Assembly (NCBI GenBank): GCA_964016885.1 | Contig: OZ024743.1 | Span: forward strand, 115,940,001-116,004,000 | Direction: 5' to 3' | DNA: 64,000 nt | From: Eledone cirrhosa | Taxonomy: Eukaryota | In this document: one piece after another, positions 53,605-64,000 of the stretch | Numbering within the stretch: the stretch's first letter is position 1 | How the letters are laid out: each line of letters starts with the position of its first letter | Translations under genes and position numbers: made by a program | The notes under the pieces: generated by a model | Databases searched by the model: none | The model's input: only the letters and a program-made list of their open reading frames with translations | Told to the model about the DNA's origin: nothing

Positions 53605-54111
53605 ACAAATATAGAAAAAGATATAGGTGAATAAATGTGTGAGTATAGGCGTGTGTGTGAATATGTATATCTGTGTGTGTATATGTATGTATATGCATAA
53701 ATGTATGCCTATATATAAATAGATATAGATATTTTTTATATTATATATTTTTAGAACAAATTATTCCTCACAACAAAGAAATAGTTAACTTTTTTAAGAT
53801 TGTTCTATTCCATTCTATTTGTTGTAACACACTAATCTCAGTACCCCTTCTCCTCCAACCGTAATCTTCTTTGACCATCAACACTTTTATATACAATATG
53901 CCTAAATTCATTTACACTAACAACTTTCATTTATTTTCTTAAAAGACATGTGATACCTTATCCACTGATGGCCTATTTATTCATCTACTACCACCACCCT
54001 TAAGGATTTACACTGCCCCTTTTCATTCTTAACATTTGTCAAATTCAACCTGGTTATAAAACCTTACTTATTCATATGTATGTTTTTTTGTATTCTTCAA
54101 TAAACAAAACT

Positions 54112-54250
54112 CATTATTTCTGAAGACTGCGAGTAGTGAAGACGCATGAATATTTTCCTTACTATGATATTTTGTAATATGTTTTACATAGATCAATAAT
54201 TGAATGGACATACAGGGAACTACCCCCCAAGAAACGATCGTAAAATAATG
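54112..54250 (+). ncRNA. Type I hammerhead (C3:G8, long stem II insert)
   Basis: cattattt-CTGAAGA-c tg..gtagt...actac..ca a-GAAAC-gatc-GTA-aaataatg, with a perfect 8-bp stem I. Confidence 0.8.
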
Positions 54251-54429
54251 TGTTTTACTATGAATTAACAGTTTTGTATTTAATTTCATTGTTTTAATAT
54301 TTCTATTTTGACTCTGTCTCCAATTGAATTATATCGTTGATAAAACTTTGCTTCACGACATCTTCTATATAAGGATTACAATGAGTTCTTTATACGGTTT
54401 AGACCCTACCATTGAGTGGTAGATTTATC

Positions 54430-54504
<75 letters not shown>

Positions 54505-54508
<4 letters not shown>

Positions 54509-55078
54509 GGGAAAAATGAAATTTCATTTCTCACTCTTAGTACGGCTGATACTTATATGTAAGTATGTATACGTTATACGTACATAAATATATGTATACA
54601 GACGTACAGTAGTATGTATATACATACATACATGCACACATATATATATGTACGTATTGGTTTACCGAACATTTATTATAATGCTCGGTTTGTTTGTAAA
54701 CAAACAGCCCGAATTATTAGCCGTACAGTGTTCGGCAACCATCGCTGCCCTATTTGTAAAACACTGACACAGGTATGATGAACTAGTTTCTAGCTTATTA
54801 GCTGTCATCAGCATTCTATACCTTCCTGTCAGTTGATTGAACGTTTGAAAGTATATACTTTCCTTATGCATATTAACGGCTGAGCAGCCTAATTTGCATA
54901 TCGAGTGAGTTAGTAGGCCGGACGTACCGAAAGCGAACCGGGCGTACAAACAAACCGAGCATTATAATAAATGTGAGGTAAACACATACGTACATATATA
55001 TGTGTGTGCATGTATGTATATACATACTACTGTACGTCTGTATACATATATGTATGAACGTATACATACTTACATTTA
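54505..55078 (-). mobile_element. Family-D element on the minus strand with inverted arm; HHR at 54775-54817
   Basis: Reverse complement reads gaatg-CTGATGA-c agc taataa gct a-GAAAC-ta-GTT-cat. 54945-55078 is inverted. Confidence 0.8.
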
Positions 55079-55099
55079 TATATATACATATACGTACAT

Positions 55100-55862
55100 A
55101 TAAATATACAAAAATCACACAAAATCACAATATAACCCCACCACTAAATCACCCACAAAGCAGCACTCATTCTCTCTCTAACATTAATTACAATAAGAAT
55201 AGCTCGTATGATTGTAATTGCAGAAATAGAAGCGTTTGCCCCTTAAATGGCTACTGTTTGATTAATATTGTAATATATAAATGCACTGTGTCTACTACTG
55301 ACTCCAATAAATCATATAAATGATGTACATCGAACGCATTTAAGAAAAGAAATTTACGAGCACTCCAGTAGCTTTAAAACAACTAAACTAGCTAACACCA
55401 CATCTTTAGCTGAAGCAGTAAATAACTATACAAAGAGAAACAAATAGATTTCAAGCTATCGTGGGATACCATTCTGCAAAGCACTCCATATCTTGGGAAC
55501 AGGAGAGAATGCAGATTATGTTCCGTAGTGTTCTTGGAAATTACTAAATCTAAGGACGATCTATTGAATAAAGGACAAGACTGATTATAGCTTGTAATCA
55601 CCGTATACGAAAAACATTTAAGTACTATAAACCTAATTAAACATTCTAAATAGCAGCTTACTATAGCTCTATGTAACGTACCGTTTTGTTACTATCCCCT
55701 TCTCCTAATTATACGCCTTCCTGTTAATTTTTGAACCTTTTAATTTTTTAGTTTCCATAGATTCATGCATTAGTGACTAAGGGCATCAAGGTACATAACC
55801 ACCTGTAATTGCTTGGGTATACATGTTTCTATGTATGATAAGAGAATATAAAAAAAATATAT

Positions 55863-55930
<68 letters not shown>

Positions 55931-55999
55931 GTGTATGTGTGTGTGAATGTGTATGTACATGTATGTGTGAGTACATGTATATATGTATGTATATGTATG

Positions 56000-56033
<34 letters not shown>

Positions 56034-56940
56034 CGTGTATGTATGTATATGGATATATCAATGTATACGTATGTATGTTTTTATGGAATATCAATGTAAT
56101 TATACTTCTATCTATATATGTGTGTATATGTACTTTTGTCATCAAAGAAAATTATGCGTTTTGGCTATATGTCAACATGCATTAATCTGGGTTTGATTAC
56201 TTATACATAGACCCACTTGAAAATATTTACCATTTTATATTTTATGATGCATCATACGCTATATTATACTATATACAATGTACCATACTGCACTATATTA
56301 TATTACATTATATTATATTATTATATTATTGTATTTTATTATCTTATTATAATTCTTTTTATCTTCTAATATACTATCCTTCCTAGATATGACCATTAAT
56401 TTACCTGTCTATATTTATCCTAGTTATTTCCGTATATTTTATATTTATTTATATTCAACTAAAAACCCCATACAACACAACTCAACATATAATTGTTTCA
56501 TCCGTTTTTAAACTTCACTCCACCATCTACATTCCACTATCAATCCAACAATCCCTTTTCTTCATAGCTTCTTCATAGTAATTCTATTTTTAACACCATT
56601 CAACCATTCTATTCAAAAGGTCATGACCTCAACTAAAGTGAGTTATATTTCCTCTTAACATCATACGGCAAAACACCCTTTGATTGTTTTGTTCTTCAGC
56701 TACCTCCAAATAAGGTCATATAACTCAATTTACTATTGATTTTGAATAGAATTTTCATTGCTTCTGACAACGGCTGACGATATGCACGTAGGTAAATATA
56801 TTCCTTATTTGATATTTTTTAATTAACCTTACATAGATCGATAACGAAATATGCGTACAATGTATTATTATCACCTAGAAACGATCGTAAAGCAGTCAAG
56901 CATATTCCTAATGACTTGACTTTTTATTTCATTGCTTTAA

Positions 56941-56945
<5 letters not shown>
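55100..56945 (+). mobile_element. PLE 3' fragment: decayed GIY-YIG (~55200-55640), UTR and HHR
   Basis: CNCRNRSVCPLNGYCLINIVIYKC with stops downstream; 3' end homologous to family H. Confidence 0.8.
56757..56896 (+). ncRNA. Hammerhead (family H) with C3/A8 mismatch, probably impaired
   Basis: attgctt-CTGACAA-cggctgacgat...atcaccta-GAAAC-gatc-GTA-aagcagt. Confidence 0.6.
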
Positions 56946-56985
<40 letters not shown>

Positions 56986-57282
56986 GTATATGCATTCAAA
57001 CTAATGGAGTAATTAATGACATGGACTTAATTCACACAGAACATAACATGTAATATGTTATCTGGCTTTCTTTGAAAGTGTTAAATAATACGTAAATGCT
57101 ATAAGAAAATAGCAATAATGATGGTTATTTGAAGATGAAGGTACGGGTGTTTAGCTGAAGATTATATGTGATTGCAAACCTCTTATTTTACTACCCATGA
57201 TCGAAGAAGTATATAACAGAGAAGAAGAAGAATATTCTACTGTTTTTCTCTCGAATCCCACCAATGTTATATTTCTTTAGTG

Positions 57283-57470
57283 TTGGTTTCTAATTTAGAC
57301 ACAAGATCAGCAATTTGGTGAGATAGAAAAATCGATTAAGTTGACACTAATCTAGTACTTTTACTTTATTTTATCGACTTTAGAAAGATGAAAGACATTT
57401 GAAATCAGAACACAACAATCAAAGCAATTTTTTTTCTGAAACTCTAACTATTCTCTCAATCCACAGCCCT
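57283..57470 (-). mobile_element. Diverged SINE copy
   Basis: ggtttctaatttagacacaag...ttttatcgac...caatccacagccc. Confidence 0.6.
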
Positions 57471-58159
57471 AATATTACTTATAATAATACAGGTATGCTC
57501 TTACACTGAAAAGCCACATGAACTGAATGTTTCAAATATCAATAACAAACGAATGACGTTCATCTGAATAAACATGATACAAGTATTATTTGAAACCTTC
57601 TGACTGATGTATATACTCAATATAGTGAATTCATGTTTTTAACAGTAAAAGAATTAAAGAGAAAAAGATTTAAAAAATTTAGATTGAGAAGAAAGATTGG
57701 AATATGAAATATGAAAATATAATATTCGGAAAATGAAGGAAAGAGGGAAGGGGAGCGGGGATTAGGCTTGGGCCTATGCCACGGCGGTAATGTGGCTGAG
57801 CCCCGCGGACAAGGCTGCAAAAGCATTCCCGCTATCCAGAGGAATGCATATCAGCCTGCAGTACCGGGGTTTGTGACCGAAGTTATTAAGTTGGAGGTGG
57901 TGATCGTGTCACAAAATGTGGCGTCGCAGATGAGGGGTCTACCTTCTTCGAATGAGAAAAGGATAATTCCATCTGGACGCTTTCCGTCTCCGCGGTCAAG
58001 GCCTGCCAGCTCCAGTTGTTATGGGAAAGCAAATTCAGTGACATTAGTCAGAGGGGAGAGGGAGAAACATTGTGACACATATTCACATTGACCGATAATT
58101 TCAGAAGCACATACATACATTTATGTATATATATATATATATATACACCCATAGACAGG

Positions 58160-58207
<48 letters not shown>

Positions 58208-58889
58208 GATAATTTAATATATCTACTAACATAAGCGCACAGATGTACGCTTTGCAGAAACTAATTAGTTGGAGTGAAAATTTAAGTAAGTTAATTTTTT
58301 TTTTTTTTTTTTTTAAGAAATTTTCTTATTTTACGTCTTATATATTATTGTTCTGCATTCTCCTGCATTGAACCACCTAGGTACTATGACATAACCTGTG
58401 TATTTGCTGGCATTAGCGTACATCTGTGCGCTTATGTTAGTAGATATATTAAATTTACTATATTTATCTCCAAATCACTGATTTGTCGAGCAAACCTGCC
58501 AAAACCACTTCTAAACATTTTTTTGGGGGGTGTTAGTAGACGTCTGTCATCTTACCATCCCATTCCTACTAACTAGCCTCTGTGTCACGTGATTGATTCT
58601 TTAGAATCGGCCATATGATCAGTGGCAGTGAGAATTTTCAGTGGCTGGAATCCAGTCCTCGATAGCTGTTCCAGTTGCCGAATTATTATTATTTTTATTT
58701 GAGTCCCCAGTGTCCGCGCATCGCCTGGAGAATCGGCTGAGAATGACCTCCCTGATGACGCAATGAAATTCTCAACAGTTCATTATGTAACTGTCTTTAT
58801 CCCATTGCAGAAACTAATTAGTTGGAGTGAAAATTTAAGTAAGTTAATTTAAAAAAAAAATATTTTTAAAGAAATTTTCTTATTTTACG

Positions 58890-58895
<6 letters not shown>
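58208..58895 (+). mobile_element. Family-C element: short inverted arm plus partial tandem
   Basis: ~58210-58251 is the reverse complement of ~58415-58456. 58252-58345 is repeated at 58805-58895. Confidence 0.8.
58748..58827 (+). ncRNA. Type I hammerhead ribozyme (family C)
   Basis: ctcc-CTGATGA-c gcaatg...cattgc a-GAAAC-taatta-GTT-ggag. Confidence 0.82.
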
Positions 58896-58975
<80 letters not shown>

Positions 58976-60439
58976 ATTTGAAGACTAAAATCCAAAGAGG
59001 GCTCGATAAGGATAAATATATATTAAATATATAAGAACCGTAGAGCAAATATTTATTAAAATAACAGATTAAAGTTTAAGCAAAGAATCGCTGCTTTCAC
59101 CCTTAACGGGATCTTCTGAAAGTAAAAAAAATCAATCTGTGAACGCAGAAGTAACAAAAACCGTAGTGTAAGTTTGCGCGCGCGTGTGTGTGTGTGTGTG
59201 TGTGTGTGTATGTACAAAAAAACCCATATTCGAAGAGAAGAAAATATTTTAAAAAATAATTCTTTCGCGTATGTAACCTCAAAATACTGTTCTATACTAT
59301 TGGTCTCTTATGAAATAAAAAAAACCTTGAAACTATAAAAGTTTGTTCACAGTTATGAAAAATTTACGAAATTAAAAGAACACCATAAGTCTTTAAATGA
59401 GAATGCTGCATATTAAAACAATAGTTTTTAATAGTAAAAAGAATGCTATTTATAGGATTTGCATTCAAAACATTAAATGGCTGAAAAGAAAATGCAAATA
59501 TTTCGTATATGAGAATAAACCTAGGTGTAATTTGACAACAGATCGCAGAGAGCCGAAACACATATCACATATTTTCGCTAACTAACATATCACACTCATA
59601 GATTATATATAGCGCACAGTATCAAATATCTAAATCATTATCTTTGAGCCTCGAGAGCTATGGGTTTAACACTGGGAGAAGATGACTTGTGAAATCAATG
59701 ATTTATGTCATATATAGCTAATTCACTCATGACTAGCTATGAAGATATATCGGTCTATATGATGAGATTTACGAATTGCAGCCAATTTCTTTACCACGAA
59801 TAGTAATAAATAATTATTTCTAGCACTTGCAAAAGAAGAGCAATTTGGGGAAGGAAAATGTTGATTATCGCATCACTACTTTATTTTACTTTTTGTTATC
59901 TACCATAACAGGTTCAAACACGTCGTCATCGATGGGAATTTAACTCAGAACGGGAAGCGCCTCAACTAAATAGCCCAATTTGTTTCCTCTTATCTCCCAA
60001 CCACTCATTCAATAGTACTAAATACAGGAAGTTTTGAGAAACATTCAAATGCGGATTAGTAAATGCTATCTGTTTACTACAGACCTATTTAACTAGCAGA
60101 GAACTATTGCCATATGTTTAGTAAAAAATATCATTAAATTTATTTGATCTGTGAATATCATTATAGAACCGAGGAATCTACGCAAAGCATCATTTAAATT
60201 GTTTAAAACATAATGGAACACAGAAAAGTGGATATAATCTAGTCCAATGATCAGATTGTATCCACCTTTCAAGTTTATATATTTCATAGTGAACTCTTCA
60301 GATCAATATAGATGAACGAGAAATTATTCCGAAAAATATGTTCATCGAGGCTTACAACAGAGAAGTGACAACCAATAAAATTGACAGCAATTATCGGAGA
60401 TAGATTCGTATTATTCTGATTATACATTTTTTAGCACGA

Positions 60440-60580
60440 CGGAGAGGATGCTTTGCACTCTTCATTTTGGATCTCTGCACACTCTGAGTTCAAATGCCAT
60501 CGAAGTTATCTTTGCTTTTAATCCGTTGGAGGTCGATAAAAAATATACTACTCCTGTACTGGAGTCGATCTTTTCCCTTT
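60440..60580 (+). mobile_element. Diverged SINE copy
   Basis: ctgagttcaaatgccatcgaagttatctttgcttttaatccgttggaggtcgataaaaaata. Confidence 0.6.
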
Positions 60581-62879
60581 ATTTGAGTGTCACTTCTTTC
60601 CCCCTCTCTCTCTTGAATAAATCAGCTGTATTGATTTGATGAAGAGATGAGCTCCATCAGATTTAAATTGCTCAAGACACGCCATATTTTACGACGGAGT
60701 CATCAAAATTTACAATTTTATATATAATATTAGCGGTGAAAATATTCTAGTAAAAGGGTTAAACAAAAAGTCGTTTACAAAACAGAAAAACCAAGTAAAG
60801 ATTCATTTCTGGAATTAGTTTAATTAGGTTTTCTAGAAACAGAAATAATCTATAAAATAGTATTAGAAGAATGTTCAGTTCTTCAGTGAAGCGTTTAAAT
60901 TTATTTATTTAAGAAATAGAGATTGATTTAATAAAACTCAGTCTGCGGGCAAATTTTGTGTCTGGGATGCAATTTATTAGATTTAATAACAACAATTTCA
61001 TTCTAGTGATACGAGGTACAGTAACTAAAACTAAAAACATATGAATTAGAATCTTCTATAACTCGATGTTCAGGACTATCTACTATAATTTATTAATCTC
61101 TAACTCTCTATGTGACTATTTAGAATGGAATTCTGCCGAATATTGCTATATCCCTCCATATTTCTTAACTAACAGAAATGACGTGGTAATTGTAAATCTG
61201 AATACATTTATATTTGTAAGGTTTTATATAGATCCACCCAAAAAGAAAATGCTACAATTTACTTGCTTTCTTTTACTTATAGAACTCTTAGCTCTTTGAA
61301 GAATCCGTTTATTACTGTGAGTAAATTGAAGATGCTAATTCGGATCGTATTTAAGTCACATGAATATCAATGTGACTTAGGCCTTCGATTCTACTTCAAG
61401 AGAAATCTGCCGAAAGGCATATTGCGAGATCTCATTAAAACAAAACTTCTAAATGAATGTTCGCCAGAAAATAAGAACAAATAATAATGATAAATAACTA
61501 TATAACGTAAACTTAATAAAATAAAAACAGCAAAAAATGAATGATGTTTGTTCAAAGAAAAAAAGCTTTGTTGTAAGGTAAATTGAATAAAGGAAGACAA
61601 TTACACTTGCTGGCGGCAGTTTTGTGAAGTCAACTATAAAGAAATAGTTTACTCAGAAATAGATTGTATAAATTTGAGTGCTACGAACAGAGATACATGG
61701 AGCTACGAAAGGAGACAATTGCAACAAGGATTAACTAGATGTAAAGGGGGGGGGGAAGAGATAAGGATGAAAAGGAGGATGATATCGGAGGGAGGACGAC
61801 GATTTACGGTCACTTCATATAAAGCTATCTTTTGGAAGTTAGAATTTCTTTTCGAACAAAATAAAGTTAACTACGCAATGGAATCAAACATTATTGTTGC
61901 TGTTGTCGTTGCTGATGTTGTTTTGTTGTTGTTGCTATCATTATATTTTTGCTGTTGTAATCGATGCTGATGTTGTCGTTGCTGTTGCGATTAATTTTGT
62001 GAAAGTAAATAATTTTACTGATAATTTTAGAATATCGTTCAAACTAATTCTCAGAGATTATACTTAAAATACGCCATCTTTAGATAATTGGTTATGATTT
62101 GACAAAATACTTCACTCTTATTTCTAGCGGATTTTGTGACCACATAAAGGTCACTCCGTTGGCTGGTATTCCAAAGTAGCAAAACGATCAGATACATAGG
62201 CATGTATCTGAGTACGTTTGCTTTAAAAATGTGCGTGCTGTATGCGTAATATCATAGCTTATTCGATTCTTTACATTTGCGTTTGTCTTGTTTGCAGAGC
62301 TGTTTTCTACTGAATGTCATTAAAATACACAAACGCTCTCAGGACATACTCAAATGTTTTCTGTATGAAGCTTGATCTGAATGAAACGAAAATCAAATCA
62401 TTTTACGCGCGACTTTAGTTTCATTCCACTAACAGGCTACCGTTTTCGACTACAGACGAGCATCCTTAATATGAAGGAAGATGAAAATAAATAAGGTGAG
62501 TATTATTGAACCCTCGTGTTCAGTCAACTTTTGACTAAACAATCAACAATCAAACGAATAAAAGAACCACACACAAAAATGGGCAACTAAACACATATTT
62601 ATTATCACAAATCTATTAGAACATGCTAAATATCCTTATTCTCTGCAAACGGCAAATGCACTGTCGAAGTTTGGTATTATGTGAACTCTCATACCTTCAA
62701 AGTATGACCAATTCATCACCCACATAATGTACCTTGATAAAGTTCTTCAATATAAAACTCCCCTTTCTTTAACAGTAACGCATTTTGATAAACGTTTGGT
62801 TTCGGTCGCTAGCTAGTTGAATGAAACTCTAGCGACACCCTTCTGCTCATAAACAGCTAAATGCAAGTTATTCATCATT

Positions 62880-63058
62880 GGGTAATTGGCAGTATCGGTA
62901 GAGGGTCAGTCGCCGTGCTTTCCAGCATAGTTACGTCCTTTTATGGTCTGAGTTCAAATCCCGTCGAGGTTAACTTTGCCTATCATCCTTACGGGGTCGA
63001 AATAAATAGTGTGCCAGTAATTGCTGGCCTTGTGCCAAAAGTAGAAACAATTATTATT
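62880..63058 (+). mobile_element. tRNA-derived SINE, well preserved
   Basis: attggcagtatcggtagagggtc...gagttcaaatcc...ggccttgtgccaaaagtagaaacaattattatt. Confidence 0.88.
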
Positions 63059-63485
63059 TTAAAGAAAAGTCCTATCAATATTTTGATCCCTAATGAGTAT
63101 ATCTCGTGATTCATTTGAATGTAAGGGTGAAGTTTTATGTGGAAGTGGGTTCCTTTAAATGAGGAGTTGGTTAAAAAAGGGGAATTTATAATCATTGCAC
63201 ACACGTTTTTAAAAATGTAACATCGAAAGTGAAATTCCAACTGAAATACAAGCATTTTCCTTTTCTGATTCGATCACCAATATCTATAAAAAATTGTTGG
63301 GGGGGGGCGTGGGGGTTTCCAAAATTGAACTGCTAATATCCATCTTCACCTTTAGACGCTTCAGATACACATAAGCGATGCTAAATTTAATTAATTGATT
63401 TAAAATATTTCTTATTTCCCATGACGTTCTGCCTTTTTACTAAGAATAAACAGTTGGCCTTCTTGGTCTCCGCACAACAAACACT

Positions 63486-63546
<61 letters not shown>

Positions 63547-63600
63547 GTGTATGCGTATGTTTGAGTGTATTATGTTGTGGTCTATCTATCTCTCTATCTC

Positions 63601-63727
<127 letters not shown>

Positions 63728-64000
63728 CGATAAGGGGAGAAAAAGATATATATATATATATACATAAATTTGATCATCGTATTATATATACCACAATCAG
63801 AGAATATACTATCATTAACAAAACCAGATATGATAAACGAGATAATTTTTCCTAAGTGGAACGGAAATTTAGATATTTTTCTGTTATACAAATTACTTAA
63901 AGCCAGACAATAGAATTTTAACATTAGTTCAATTATTGTCTCAAAAATAACTATGAACCGATCGGCAGTGGAAGAAAAAATATTGGTAAAACGTTAAAAT

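Larger units (their letters stand above)
51515..54436 (+). mobile_element. Decayed, 5'-truncated PLE (Naiad-like)
   Basis: FLDI-like RT end near 51710, ILNRNTVKFSYS-like linker near 52700, GIY-YIG ORF 53143-53604, 3' HHR, ends in (TA)n. Confidence 0.8.

Noticed and set aside
55321-55323. In-frame TGA as selenocysteine in a Naiad-like endonuclease
   Set aside because: It aligns with the Gly of the YIG motif in a copy with other lesions, so it is a nonsense mutation
57755-57810. Twister-ribozyme-like taggcccaagccta on the minus strand
   Set aside because: No convincing UAA cleavage loop or pseudoknot partners
59085-59125. HHR-like cagaaga-tcccgttaagggt-gaaa on the minus strand
   Set aside because: U4 is substituted and there is no NUH or stem I complement; at best a decayed remnant

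Overview
This window is AT-rich, microsatellite-dense eukaryotic DNA, most likely from an invertebrate; octopus-like is my inference from the SINE and (TA)n/(CA)n content. I see no recognisable host protein-coding gene. It is almost entirely retroelements: five Penelope-like element (PLE) bodies or fragments (RT plus C-terminal GIY-YIG), two head-to-tail copies of an L1/Tx1-clade LINE at (AAT)n tracts, and about 15 tRNA-derived SINE copies. The main hidden signal is about 20 type-I hammerhead ribozyme (HHR) motifs from about 11 sequence families. They lie in PLE 3' ends or in small non-coding elements with inverted-plus-tandem structure inserted in (TA)n. Several families carry a U3:A8 core (UUGANAA) or a mismatched base at stem II, stems covary between copies, and inversion junctions cluster at the ribozyme. 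The SINE shares a 3' terminus of about 28 nt with the LINE. All structures were read by eye and no folding or database search was run. Most short ORFs in the track are microsatellite artefacts.
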